Shown: positions 29,252-39,523 of the stretch, piece by piece | How positions within the stretch are numbered: the first letter of the stretch is position 1 | Layout: each line of letters opens with the position of its first letter | Virus record (IMG/VR): IMGVR_UViG_3300042895_001344 | Location: 153,143-217,142 of that record | Length of the DNA: 64,000 nt | Reading direction: 5' to 3' (one strand) | Translations under genes and position numbers: made by a program | Notes under the pieces: generated by a model | The model's database searches: none | What the model was told of the DNA's origin: nothing | What the model saw: the letters and a program-made list of their open reading frames with translations, nothing else

Positions 29252-29677
29252 TTATTTTTTGGATTTGTAGAAATTGAATAGATTTTTGTCAGAAAGTCCA
29301 TCTTCTATTACCATAGATAGAATATCTTTTACGTTATTTTTAATTTCTTTTGATTTAACGTCGAACTGTTTATCAACATATAATGTGATTTCTAAGTTCA
29401 TAAAAGATCTTTTTTCTAATTTAATTCCCTTTGTTCTAATATCTAAATCAACAATAGATTGTTGTTTAAAATAAGGGTTCTTAAGATTATAAATTATTTC
29501 TTTAACCTTTCGTCTTGATTTATGAATCATATGATCAAAATCATCAGTCTCATTTTCGGCTTGTACCCATGAGTTTAATTTCAAATAAATGGTTTTAAGA
29601 TTCTTAAAATCTACGGTACCATAACCGATCTTTACATCATTGTAAATCCCTAATGGGATATACTTACCTGTTTTCAT
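29252..29677 (-). CDS. Hypothetical protein
   Basis: 141-aa ORF. Confidence 0.7.
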   Translation of the reverse strand: MKTGKYIPLGIYNDVKIGYGTVDFKNLKTIYLKLNSWVQAENETDDFDHMIHKSRRKVKEIIYNLKNPYFKQQSIVDLDIRTKGIKLEKRSFMNLEITLYVDKQFDVKSKEIKNNVKDILSMVIEDGLSDKNLFNFYKSKK

Positions 29678-29779
29678 TAATATTTCATATTATTATTTCT
29701 TATGGTGTTTTTAAAAAATAACTAAAATACTTGGAATAACCAAAAATAATTTCATATATTTGTTGTATATTTATTATAT

Positions 29780-29971
29780 ATGATTATTATAGACTTATCT
29801 AAAGAAAAAAGTATTGAGACAGCGTTAAGAACTTATAAACAAAAAGTTCAAAAAACAAAGCAAGTTCAAAAATTGAGGGAAAGACAACAGTTCGTAAAAC
29901 CTTCCGTTAAAAAAAGAACTGAAAAATTAAAAGCAGTTTATTTACAACAAAAAAGAAATGGACTTAGTTAA
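29780..29971 (+). CDS. rpsU: Ribosomal protein bS21 (Bacteroidota type)
   Basis: SIETALRTYKQK...LRERQQFVKPSVKKR...KAVY. Confidence 0.9.
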   Translation: MIIIDLSKEKSIETALRTYKQKVQKTKQVQKLRERQQFVKPSVKKRTEKLKAVYLQQKRNGLS

Positions 29972-30701
29972 GTCCATTTTTTAATTCGTTTAATCTGTAG
30001 TAATTGTATCTCGACGGAAACATTTGATTTACTTCATCTTTAACAGCATTTAATTTATTTATTAAATCCGTTTCATTTGATTCACTTAAAAGTGTTGATA
30101 CTTGACTTACAATTGATTCTTTTAATTCAGTTGTTTTGGTGATGATCTCATCATAAGGAATAGATAAGATATTTTTTAATTCTTCTTTTTGTGATTCTGA
30201 TAATGTATTAGAATAAAGAGCGTTAAAATTGTTTGTTAACACCGCATTTAATAAATTTTCATTTGGTATCAAGGTTGAATCTTTAGATTCTTTAATTTCT
30301 TTTTTGGTTGTTAAATGATTTACTAAATTCTTTTTTGCATTAACCTTCTTTTCAATATTTGATAGACTATCTTTTTCAATTAAGATATCTAATGAATTGT
30401 ATATTTCATTTTCATTAATTGCCTCTACGTTTATCATTTTATTTAATGATGTACAAAATGTAGTTAAATCATCCATTTGTTGTTTTAAGATACTAATAAC
30501 TCCCTCGACGTATAACTTTGCGGTTTCTTTATCGTCAATATATTTGTTTTCAATTTCTTCATAAAACAAATACATTTCTTTAAAATTTTTATTTTCTTTA
30601 ATTGTTGTTAAAATATTTTTAATCTCACCTTTATTTTCATTGGTGTAAGATTCAGTTAACTTGTTTAATAATTTGGTTTTAATGACCCCGAATTTGTTCA
30701 T
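29964..30701 (-). CDS. Hypothetical head-module protein
   Basis: 245-aa helical ORF coupled to the portal gene. Confidence 0.7.
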   Translation of the reverse strand: MNKFGVIKTKLLNKLTESYTNENKGEIKNILTTIKENKNFKEMYLFYEEIENKYIDDKETAKLYVEGVISILKQQMDDLTTFCTSLNKMINVEAINENEIYNSLDILIEKDSLSNIEKKVNAKKNLVNHLTTKKEIKESKDSTLIPNENLLNAVLTNNFNALYSNTLSESQKEELKNILSIPYDEIITKTTELKESIVSQVSTLLSESNETDLINKLNAVKDEVNQMFPSRYNYYRLNELKNGLN

Positions 30702-30703
30702 GT

Positions 30704-32545
30704 TTAATCGTTTAAGATATCATTTATTTTTGTCTCTATTTCATAAATATTCTGTTGAGCTTTTTCCATATCAAACAGAATATTAAAATCTTCTTTTTCT
30801 TCACCTAACATACCAAGTATTTTAGATTTTTTTGATTTTTTAGCTAATGTAGATTCACTCAAAGGTTCCTCTCCTCCACCCGCTGGTGGCGGTGGTGCTC
30901 CACCTCCCATATCCATTCCTCCACCTCCCATATCCATTCCTCCACCCGCTTCTGCTCCTGCGGCTTCCATTGCCTTTTCTCTATCCTCTTCAGGAATACC
31001 ATACTTAGCATCTACCTCATCAAATACACCTGAACGTTTAATAACATTCTGAGTATTCGTTAATTCAAATCCTAATGCACGTTCTAAACGTTGTTGTTGT
31101 AAGTCTAACATAACTTCACTATCACTAAATCCAAGGATATTTTTCTTAGCCCATGTATGTGATACTGGTAAGATACCCACTTGAGATTGATCCGATGTTG
31201 CGTCTTTATAAAGTGTTACTTTTTCTTTCCATTGTTCAATACGTAATAAATCAGATTGTGCTGATGGGTTAGTTAATGATAATGAGAAATTATTTAATTC
31301 ATCCTCCATACCTAAAAGGTATAATTGAATTAATGCAATTTTATTTAATTCTTGAATAACAGATTTTTGAATTCTATTAATAGTTCTAGCAAAACGAATA
31401 TCCATTAAAGCTAAACTCTTACCTTCACCGACAACTTCTTCAAATCCTAAGAACGCTTTAGGTATACGTAATGCGGCTAACATCTTCTTTTGAATGTATT
31501 CAATATCAGCAATCTCTCCTAAGTTTTGTGCTCCTGGTAATGTTTCAATTGGATTAGATTGTGATGGATCACGAACAGGAATAAAATAATCCTGATCAAC
31601 AGCCATTTGATTATATCTCATATCGACTTGACCGTTACGTGGATCTGAAATCTGATCTCTTTTAAATTTGTTTGCAACACGTTGTACGTAAGATTCAATA
31701 TCCTTATCATCCATATTACCAACGAATACTTTGAATACACGTCTTTCAGGTGCTCTTGATGTTCTATAGATTAACATGGCATCTTCAGCAAGTAAAAGTT
31801 GTTTCCAAATACGTCTAATTTTATCTAACATAGAAGTACCGTAAGGTAACTTTCTATCATCACCTAATAATCTAAAGTGAGCAATTTCCCATGCTTGAAA
31901 TTCCAAATCTTTGTTCTTCCATTGAAAACGTAATTCTCTTGATGGAACTTTTAAATCTCTATTTTGTGTTGTGGTCTTACCCGCGGCACCTTCAATTCTT
32001 TCAATTTCAATATTTGGTAATTGTTGACATCCGATGATACCTTTTTCGGGATCTAACTTTAAATAAACAAAGTTGTCACCATACTTACAAACACCTCTAG
32101 TCCACATTTGTAAGTTAGTATTAACGTCTAATCTGTTATTAAATAAATCTTCTAATATTTCTTTAATTCTATCTGATTCAGAATAGATCGTTAAAATTTG
32201 ACCCTTTTCAGACATTGTAGTGGATTCTTCCGCATATATGTCTAACGCTGCAGATATTTCAGGAGTAAACTCCATCGCCTCATAATCGTAATAAGCTGCT
32301 AATCTATTTGGTTCATAATAAACCGATTGGTTATAGAGAGATTGGTCTAATTTAGTCCATTTATCAGCGATGTATTGACTCTGTTGAGCCTGTAACATTG
32401 CCTTATCATAATCTTCTTTGTTATCTGTTTTTAATAATTCATCTTTACTGAAATTAAATGAAGGTGCCTGTGTTACCTGAGGTTTCCCTGGGTACCCAAA
32501 CATCTTTGTTAATTTCTGAAATACAGTTAAATTTTGATTTGCCAT
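30704..32545 (-). CDS. gp20: T4 gp20-like portal protein
   Basis: EDAMLIYRTSRAPERRVFKVFVGNM, DYFIPVR, IETLPG, AALRIP. Confidence 0.95.
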   Translation of the reverse strand: MANQNLTVFQKLTKMFGYPGKPQVTQAPSFNFSKDELLKTDNKEDYDKAMLQAQQSQYIADKWTKLDQSLYNQSVYYEPNRLAAYYDYEAMEFTPEISAALDIYAEESTTMSEKGQILTIYSESDRIKEILEDLFNNRLDVNTNLQMWTRGVCKYGDNFVYLKLDPEKGIIGCQQLPNIEIERIEGAAGKTTTQNRDLKVPSRELRFQWKNKDLEFQAWEIAHFRLLGDDRKLPYGTSMLDKIRRIWKQLLLAEDAMLIYRTSRAPERRVFKVFVGNMDDKDIESYVQRVANKFKRDQISDPRNGQVDMRYNQMAVDQDYFIPVRDPSQSNPIETLPGAQNLGEIADIEYIQKKMLAALRIPKAFLGFEEVVGEGKSLALMDIRFARTINRIQKSVIQELNKIALIQLYLLGMEDELNNFSLSLTNPSAQSDLLRIEQWKEKVTLYKDATSDQSQVGILPVSHTWAKKNILGFSDSEVMLDLQQQRLERALGFELTNTQNVIKRSGVFDEVDAKYGIPEEDREKAMEAAGAEAGGGMDMGGGGMDMGGGAPPPPAGGGEEPLSESTLAKKSKKSKILGMLGEEKEDFNILFDMEKAQQNIYEIETKINDILND

Positions 32546-32549
32546 TCTA

Positions 32550-32557
32550 TATAAATA
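32550..32557 (-). promoter_or_regulatory. TATTTATA putative late-promoter motif
   Basis: 4 nt upstream of the portal ATG. Confidence 0.55.
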
Positions 32558-32599
32558 CTTTTCTTTATAATATAAACTAAAATAATGATAAACTAAACA

Positions 32600-34378
32600 T
32601 TATCTACGTTTACCAAATAACCAAGAATTCTCTTGATATGTTTGTTTACTGACATTCATATTATTATCTCGATAATATAAATTATTATTATCCGTTCCCA
32701 TTGAACCTATTTGATCAAATGCGGTACCATATGAATAGAATGATTTACTTGTCTCATATGATCTTTCACTCATAGTCCAAGAATCTAACATTGCTTTGTT
32801 CGCATTTTCGTTCTTTTGTAATAAATTAAATGATACATCCGCAGCATATAAAGCCATTGACATACCCATAATAGCATCATCATGTGTTCCTTTCATATGA
32901 TCAGGTCTACCGTTCATATAAACAAACGTGTTAAGTTCGTTTAATAATCTTGCAGATCTAACAATAAATCCTTTTCTAAGTTGTTCCTCAAATGCTGCAA
33001 CAATTTGAGTTCTTTTGTTGTTAAAGTTAAGACCTGGTATTTTCTCCATCGCCTTAGCGTTATAGTCCCAAATGTTTTGAGTATTAACACCCTCAACGTA
33101 TACGTTTTTGTAATTTAACTCAGTTAATTTTCTTGATGTTGCAACTCCCATTCCACCTGTAATATCCGTTACAATAAACGCATTACCATATAGGATAGCC
33201 CATTTGTATGCAACTGCCGCTAAGTCATCGGGAGGTATTTTACCAATATATTCTGCAACCTGTTCCCTATCATCAAAATCTATAATTGATATAGCCGAAA
33301 AATCCTCACTATCTCCTCTACTAACATCCACACCCATAATATAACGATGACCAATTATTGGTTCTTTCCATTGCCAAAACGTAGCCTGCATGTATTTTTC
33401 AATAGGTTCTCTAATCATGTTTTTAGCAATATTCTCTTGAATATCACCAGGGATAACACCATCTCCCGAACCTAAGAAATCACATTCCAACTCCTGAGCA
33501 ATTTTACGTCTATCGTATTTAAATTTCTTAGACATTGACTCAAACCACGAAGAAAATGGTTTATAACCATCCTCTAAAAGTTTGTTATATTCTTTCATAT
33601 CAAAATCATGTAAAACAACTTCATCGTCATTATATTGTTCTCTATTCAACATGTAATGACAGATGTCCTGACATTTAACCCAATGTAAATCTTTGGTGTA
33701 ACGAGGGTCTTTAAACCACCTTAAATCTGTTATATGGAAATCATTGATTCCACGTAATGCTTGGTCGTAAACACCGTAATAGATAGGGTCATAACCATTT
33801 GGAGTGGAGATAAGAATAATCTTACCACCCGTTGATAGGGACGCCATAGATGCTGCCCAAAAATCATCACCTGCTTCAATATATGCTGCCTCATCAAATA
33901 CAAGTATGGTAGGTGTATAACCACGAAGGGCATCCGCTGAAGTTGCAACCGCCTTAACCTCACAACCATTATTTAATCTAAATCTACTCTCTGAGTTTTT
34001 ATCAGGTGAGAACCCAACATTTAACCATTCAGGCCATTGTTCCAAGAAGTGTCTAACCTTATTAGCCATCTCCACCGCAGTATCACGTTTGTTTGCAATA
34101 AGTAGAACTCTCTCAGGATTATCGGGTTTTGCTAATTGTAATTTTTTTGATAACCATGCGGCCGTTACTGTTGTTACACCCGCCTGTCTATATTTTCTTG
34201 TAATGTTTTCGTTGTAATCTTCGTAGTCCTTTATTAGTTGAATTTGATCTTCAAACAGGTCCATTGGGACATACTTCTTCTGTGTATTATCGAATGTTTG
34301 TAAATACGTTCTAAGTGCATACGGAGTATCTTTTATAATCTTTGCATACTCAATTAATTGTTCCGTTCTGGTATTCAT
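32600..34378 (-). CDS. gp17: T4 gp17-like terminase large subunit
   Basis: KYRQAGVTT, LVFDEAAYI, ISTPNG, QELEC, MGVDVSRG, HDDAIM. Confidence 0.95.
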   Translation of the reverse strand: MNTRTEQLIEYAKIIKDTPYALRTYLQTFDNTQKKYVPMDLFEDQIQLIKDYEDYNENITRKYRQAGVTTVTAAWLSKKLQLAKPDNPERVLLIANKRDTAVEMANKVRHFLEQWPEWLNVGFSPDKNSESRFRLNNGCEVKAVATSADALRGYTPTILVFDEAAYIEAGDDFWAASMASLSTGGKIILISTPNGYDPIYYGVYDQALRGINDFHITDLRWFKDPRYTKDLHWVKCQDICHYMLNREQYNDDEVVLHDFDMKEYNKLLEDGYKPFSSWFESMSKKFKYDRRKIAQELECDFLGSGDGVIPGDIQENIAKNMIREPIEKYMQATFWQWKEPIIGHRYIMGVDVSRGDSEDFSAISIIDFDDREQVAEYIGKIPPDDLAAVAYKWAILYGNAFIVTDITGGMGVATSRKLTELNYKNVYVEGVNTQNIWDYNAKAMEKIPGLNFNNKRTQIVAAFEEQLRKGFIVRSARLLNELNTFVYMNGRPDHMKGTHDDAIMGMSMALYAADVSFNLLQKNENANKAMLDSWTMSERSYETSKSFYSYGTAFDQIGSMGTDNNNLYYRDNNMNVSKQTYQENSWLFGKRR

Positions 34379-34383
34379 ATATG

Positions 34384-34391
34384 TATAAATA
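34384..34391 (-). promoter_or_regulatory. TATTTATA putative late-promoter motif
   Basis: 5 nt upstream of the terminase ATG, just after a terminator. Confidence 0.55.
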
Positions 34392-34396
34392 CAAAA

Positions 34397-34422
34397 AAAG
34401 GTGGTTATTGTAAACCACCTTT
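34397..34422 (-). terminator. Intrinsic terminator
   Basis: AAAGGTGGTT-6 nt-AACCACCTTT inverted repeat with U-run on the minus strand. Confidence 0.75.
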
Positions 34423-34425
34423 GTA

Positions 34426-35844
34426 TTATTTCGTAGGTCTGTCTAACCCTAACTCGTCAAATAGACTGTCATCATCATCTTCTTCATCATTACCACCACT
34501 TGGTAAATCAACACCTAAATTATTTAAAAAACCCTTTAATTCATCGTTATCAGTTTCATCACTTATACCTGTTAAGTCCTCGTCAAATTCCGCCATCGTT
34601 TGTTCGTAATCGTAATTGTTGATGTCCTCTTCAATTGCACGAACCAATGTTTCCATTAAACGATTTCCATTCTCAGAATTAGAAACTATTTCTTTCATGA
34701 ATACTAAGAATTCCTTTGCTGGTTTTTTGAATATATGTTGGAATACCATTAATTGAATAATTCCTTTATCTTCATCTGTCAATACATCTTCAGGGAATTT
34801 AGATCTAATTCTATCCCAAATTGCAGGTCCTAAACGTAAATCCCACATTTCTTTTTCCAATGTATCTTCACTATCTTCAATTGCTGTAAAGTCTTCTTCA
34901 TTACCTTCTTCATCTCTTTTTCTACCTTGTAATGCAACTAACTCTAAAGTTCCTTTAATCAATTCGTGTATTAAAACTGGAAAGTTTACTGCTCTTGCTT
35001 TAACTGTCGGTGGATCAGTTTGTCTATCAACATCTTCTCTACCTGCAATATTACCAGCTTGACCCATTGCTTTCATGGTATCATTAGGTAATTGCCAATA
35101 TAATGCGTCGTTTACTGACATCATAATTCCGTAAAGACCAACAAGCCTGTCGTTACCAACAATTTGACTAATTCTCTCTTCAGCGTAATGATACATGTAA
35201 TGACCTCTTTTAGATGCACCTTGTATAATTGTATTTATAAATCTTCTTTTTGCTTTTTCTAAGTCAAGTTTCTCTAAATCATTAACGATTTCAATTTCGT
35301 TACCAAAATTCATTTCTTCTTCACCACCTTCTTCTTCACCACCTTCTTCTTCACCACCTTCTTCTTCACCTTCTTGGTCGTGATTAAAATCTTCAGGGTT
35401 GAATTCCCCCATACCAATAATTTTTGCATCATATTGAACTGACCCTTCAGGAATACCTAATTCCTTCATAACTAATTCAATCGCTAACGCTTCTAATTCT
35501 CCTCTGTGGTTTTGTTCAAACTGTAAGATTTGGTTGTGAGCACTCATCATTTGTTGCATCAATGGAGACATACCTTGTGTACCTCTAATAGTGGCATTTG
35601 TACCGGTATATTGTCTCATTTTAGCAACAACTTGTCTATATCTTTCTGAAGCTAATAGTTCTTGGAAGTTCTTGTTAGGTTCATCCCCTGTTTCAGGGAA
35701 AGGTATTTTTTGCAATGGGGTTTCTCCCGCAGCTAAATCATCTTGTACCCCTTGGTCAGGTCTATCCTGACTATCAAAATCCATTGGCATTTCATTCAAA
35801 TTTTCTTGAATTAAAGATAAGAGTTTTTTCTTAGAAAATTGCAT
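34426..35844 (-). CDS. Acidic hypothetical protein, probably head-associated
   Basis: 472 aa; GGEEE repeats; PVLIHELIKG segment. Confidence 0.6.
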   Translation of the reverse strand: MQFSKKKLLSLIQENLNEMPMDFDSQDRPDQGVQDDLAAGETPLQKIPFPETGDEPNKNFQELLASERYRQVVAKMRQYTGTNATIRGTQGMSPLMQQMMSAHNQILQFEQNHRGELEALAIELVMKELGIPEGSVQYDAKIIGMGEFNPEDFNHDQEGEEEGGEEEGGEEEGGEEEMNFGNEIEIVNDLEKLDLEKAKRRFINTIIQGASKRGHYMYHYAEERISQIVGNDRLVGLYGIMMSVNDALYWQLPNDTMKAMGQAGNIAGREDVDRQTDPPTVKARAVNFPVLIHELIKGTLELVALQGRKRDEEGNEEDFTAIEDSEDTLEKEMWDLRLGPAIWDRIRSKFPEDVLTDEDKGIIQLMVFQHIFKKPAKEFLVFMKEIVSNSENGNRLMETLVRAIEEDINNYDYEQTMAEFDEDLTGISDETDNDELKGFLNNLGVDLPSGGNDEEDDDDSLFDELGLDRPTK

Positions 35845-35849
35845 TTTAA

Positions 35850-37013
35850 TTACTTTTTTTTCTCCTCGGCCATTTTTGCCTTTGGTTTAGGGTTTGTCCC
35901 TGGTCCAGGTTGAAAAGGAGTTTTTCTTGGATCTTCTCTTCTTGTTGGAGTTGGTCTTGTACCAGGTTTAGTTGATGGTGCGGGTTTTGAAGGTGCAGTT
36001 TTTGGTTCCGCACTTACAATGGCATCATATGACATAAACTCAGGAATACCGTTGTGTCCCTTTTTAACTTTAGGACCGAATTGGTGGGTCATTGTTTCAG
36101 ACTCATTAAGTTTAGATTGGATAAGTTCCATAATTTCGTTTTTAGACGTAAAGCTATGAAATTCTTTGTTCTCCACCAAACCTTTAACCCAATTTTTTAC
36201 TTCTTTAACATCTACCTTTTTACACTTACATTTAGATTCTACCTTTTCACACTCATCACATTTTTTAATATTTTTAAGTTGTGGGAAATCTTCTTTAGAT
36301 TTCTGTAATGCCTTTTCACTTCTTTCATTGTGATAGTCACCCTCTTCTACTTCACTCTCTTTCTTTTCTTTTCTCTTATTATAACCATTAAAATCTGGAC
36401 TTGGTGGTTTTCCTGGATTAAATGGATTTTTTCCCTTTTTTTCTTTAGACTCGTTATCCTTTTTCCAACTATCAACAAATTTACCAAGTTCTTTTTCAAC
36501 TTCATGATCTTCAGGATCTCTACCTAAATCTTTTTTTAATTTTTCTTTAGTTGCACCTATCATAATACCATGTAAAGATTCGTCCACTTCTCCCTCTTCA
36601 GTTTCGTCAACTTCTTTTTTCTTAGGGGTAGATTTCTTTTTAGGAGTTCCACCAAATACCGTTGAACTACTTGATTTTGAACCTTTAATAGTTAAACCCA
36701 TATCCGCTTCGCTCACATCTTCCTTTGTTTCACCCTTCTTTTCTTTATTCAAGATTGCAAAGTCGTCAGCATCTATTTTACCGTTCTTGTTTTTATCAAT
36801 TTTATTTTGTTTTCCTTTTAAAATTTCTTTAACCTCAACAGTTTTATTTGGATCATTTGCCAATTTCTGAATTTCAGGATTGGATGCCATAGCTTGTGTA
36901 GTTGTTACAATTCTTTCTGATAAATCGTTAAGTTGTTTATCGGTAAAATTAACTAATGTCTTTTCAGAAAAACCTTCTTTTAAAAGTCTTCCTATTAATT
37001 CTGTTCTTTTCAT
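35850..37013 (-). CDS. Lys/Glu-rich hypothetical protein with one EF-hand-like loop
   Basis: DKNKNGKIDADD. Confidence 0.6.
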   Translation of the reverse strand: MKRTELIGRLLKEGFSEKTLVNFTDKQLNDLSERIVTTTQAMASNPEIQKLANDPNKTVEVKEILKGKQNKIDKNKNGKIDADDFAILNKEKKGETKEDVSEADMGLTIKGSKSSSSTVFGGTPKKKSTPKKKEVDETEEGEVDESLHGIMIGATKEKLKKDLGRDPEDHEVEKELGKFVDSWKKDNESKEKKGKNPFNPGKPPSPDFNGYNKRKEKKESEVEEGDYHNERSEKALQKSKEDFPQLKNIKKCDECEKVESKCKCKKVDVKEVKNWVKGLVENKEFHSFTSKNEIMELIQSKLNESETMTHQFGPKVKKGHNGIPEFMSYDAIVSAEPKTAPSKPAPSTKPGTRPTPTRREDPRKTPFQPGPGTNPKPKAKMAEEKKK

Positions 37014-37411
37014 GATTCCTTGAATTTTATTTCTTCTTTTAAGAGGATAAACCCTCTTGATTTTAATTTTTTTGTTACGTTTTCAATTGGTTCCGCAAAC
37101 TTAAATGTTAGTCTTTCTTCTGTATTTTCAAAATCAAACTTTTCCCAAGCCATTGAAATTACACCATCTACAGCATCAATAACTCCGAAATGATCGGAGT
37201 CTTGAACTAATTCTAATTGTAAATCTGTATCTTTTAATAAACCAACTACGTCAACATATTCGATGTCAGGTGATTTAGACCGTTGGCAAGCCGAAGCAGG
37301 TATAACGAACCAATCGCCCATATCAATTTCAGTGGTCTCACTGAATACGAATTCGTATTGTTTTTGACCTTTGTAATCTGACCCAATTTCATTGACATAT
37401 ATTAGATGCAT
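37010..37411 (-). CDS. Hypothetical protein
   Basis: 133-aa ORF coupled to both neighbours. Confidence 0.7.
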   Translation of the reverse strand: MHLIYVNEIGSDYKGQKQYEFVFSETTEIDMGDWFVIPASACQRSKSPDIEYVDVVGLLKDTDLQLELVQDSDHFGVIDAVDGVISMAWEKFDFENTEERLTFKFAEPIENVTKKLKSRGFILLKEEIKFKES

Positions 37412-37413
37412 TT

Positions 37414-38385
37414 TTATTTAAAATATTTGCTTAATGTATCACCAATTGCAGCCTTTATTTCGTCCAAATCTAATTCTTTAGTTTCATCTTCCGCGTCCAT
37501 TTCACCTTCTTCTTTAATTGAATACTTACTCAAATTTACTTCATCGGTATCCATTGGGGTATTAACGAATTCATCTAAAGCTGACATTGAATCGTATTCG
37601 TTCATATCTAATTCAGGTTCAGCAGATGGAGCAGGTTCTTCACCTGTTGGTTCTTCAGAACCCATTCCACCTTCTTCTTCCTCTCTTTCAAATTTCTTAG
37701 CAACATCTTCAATATCTTCATCTGATAATTTATCTAAATCAACTGCAGAAATAATCATGTTTAAAATGTATTTGATATCATCACTTTCCATTCTATCATG
37801 TAAATCTCTTAATTCTTGACCTAATTTACCAGCGTATTTTTGAGCTTCAGCCATGTAAGATGATCTCTTACCAGCATCTTCATCTTCACCACCTTCAGCA
37901 GGAGGAGCATCTGTAGGTGCATCCATTGGAACTTCACCTTCAGGAGATGGGGGAGGAACGTCACCTGATGCATCAGCCGCAGGTGCTGGAGGTAAATCCA
38001 TCGGTGCTTCAGGCATTGGAGCCTCTTGTTGAGGTTTGTTTTGCTTTAACACATATTTTGTTGCTTCCTGTAGTTCTTCCTGTCCTTTCAACAATTCAAG
38101 TCGTTTGAACGCTTCGGCATACGAAGAGAACTTATTCTTGTTCTTCATGAACATACCACCGATATAATCGAGTGATGATTCATTTAATCCTCTCTTTACA
38201 TAGTAACCGTCTTTTTCTTTAACGACACCATATACACCCCCGTTTTTAGATTCTTTCACTAATTCGGGTTTACTCGAAGAACGACTGTTATTTTTATTAC
38301 TGTTGAAGTATGTTAATTCAAGGATTCTTTTTAACTTGTCGTCCCCGTTTAATTTTTCACTTCCTAGTGGTTTTAATTCTGCCAT
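37414..38385 (-). CDS. Acidic, Pro-rich hypothetical protein
   Basis: 323-aa ORF; TATTTATA at 38421-38428 upstream. Confidence 0.65.
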   Translation of the reverse strand: MAELKPLGSEKLNGDDKLKRILELTYFNSNKNNSRSSSKPELVKESKNGGVYGVVKEKDGYYVKRGLNESSLDYIGGMFMKNKNKFSSYAEAFKRLELLKGQEELQEATKYVLKQNKPQQEAPMPEAPMDLPPAPAADASGDVPPPSPEGEVPMDAPTDAPPAEGGEDEDAGKRSSYMAEAQKYAGKLGQELRDLHDRMESDDIKYILNMIISAVDLDKLSDEDIEDVAKKFEREEEEGGMGSEEPTGEEPAPSAEPELDMNEYDSMSALDEFVNTPMDTDEVNLSKYSIKEEGEMDAEDETKELDLDEIKAAIGDTLSKYFK

Positions 38386-38456
38386 TTTATAAAATTGTTA
38401 AGATATACTTATTCTTATCCTATAAATACATAGATATATAGAAAAATTAGGTATAA

Positions 38457-39209
38457 TTATTGTGTTATAGACAATTTCCTGTCCTTAAGTTGCGTTTTTA
38501 GTCTTAAAAGTTTTTGGATGTATCCGTTTCTTCTTAATAATTTGAATGTTAGATTTTCATAAGAATATTCCCCACCCGACTCTAAACCACTCTGTCTAAA
38601 CTCTTTTATCTTTTTTCTAAGATCTTCAAGTTGATCAATGGTGATTTCTTTTGGGTTTTGTACTAACCGATCTATCTTTTTTCCAAACTCTTCACCCTTC
38701 TCTAAAATCTTTCTGTCATCAATATTCGGTTTATCTTTTTCAGGTTCTACAATCCATTTATTATGTAATACGGAGTAAACACCTGATGACACATGTTCCT
38801 CATTTACATCTTGGACGTAAACCTCAACATCATAACCTTTTATTTTAATATCATATTTTTCATTCCACACGTTTTTCTTCGCATCGAAAAACTCTTTTAA
38901 GATATCCATTTCATATTTGGATTCTTCAAAGTCAATAAGAATATGTAAATCAACGTCGGAGTATTGTGACCAATTATAGTTCGCTAAAGATCCAGTGAGA
39001 ACTACATCATGTATAAAAAACTCAACCCCCAAACTTTCAATAAAGTCATTAGATACCTCAAGAAGTCTTTTTTTAATTTCATCACGCATAACAAAATGAC
39101 CCTTTTTCTCCTCAAAAATTTGATCGGATAAAGTTTCTTTTGTTTCGAAAGATTTTACAATTTGTTTGTCTTTCTTTTTTCCCTCAATAAGTTCTTCAAA
39201 TAAACTCAT
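38457..39209 (-). CDS. Pol-beta superfamily nucleotidyltransferase
   Basis: GSLANY...SDVDLHI (GS + DxD) and third acidic strand DVEVYVQD. Confidence 0.8.
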   Translation of the reverse strand: MSLFEELIEGKKKDKQIVKSFETKETLSDQIFEEKKGHFVMRDEIKKRLLEVSNDFIESLGVEFFIHDVVLTGSLANYNWSQYSDVDLHILIDFEESKYEMDILKEFFDAKKNVWNEKYDIKIKGYDVEVYVQDVNEEHVSSGVYSVLHNKWIVEPEKDKPNIDDRKILEKGEEFGKKIDRLVQNPKEITIDQLEDLRKKIKEFRQSGLESGGEYSYENLTFKLLRRNGYIQKLLRLKTQLKDRKLSITQ

Positions 39210-39451
39210 CCTTTTTTAGTATAGTTATGTGCTTTAGCGATATTTTCGTTAAAGTATTTTCCTTGGGATTCAGATAACCTAAATTTGGTGAACTTAGACC
39301 AAGGAACTTTATTATACTCATAAATACTTCCGTTATTGAATATAACGGTCAAGTCTTCTGTTTCTGTATGGTAAGAGACTTCTTTAAGATTGGATGATTG
39401 GACAACGACAGTAATAAGTTTACCATCAATTTTTTCTGATATTATTCCCAT
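39206..39451 (-). CDS. KTSC-domain protein
   Basis: SSNLKEVSY...LTVIFNNGSIYEYNKVP...SESQGKYFNENI. Confidence 0.9.
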   Translation of the reverse strand: MGIISEKIDGKLITVVVQSSNLKEVSYHTETEDLTVIFNNGSIYEYNKVPWSKFTKFRLSESQGKYFNENIAKAHNYTKKG

Positions 39452-39493
39452 ATTATATTGTTTATATATTATAGATAATAAATATCAAAAAAT

Positions 39494-39516
39494 AAACCCC
39501 TCATTTAGAGGGGTTT
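39494..39516 (-). terminator. Intrinsic terminator between the two KTSC genes
   Basis: AAACCCCTC-5 nt-GAGGGGTTT. Confidence 0.65.
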
Positions 39517-39523
39517 AAGTTAG

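Noticed and set aside
25362-34378. Introns, inteins or homing endonucleases in capsid, portal or terminase
   Set aside because: The ORFs are continuous and of expected size, with no LAGLIDADG, HNH, GIY-YIG or intein motifs noticed
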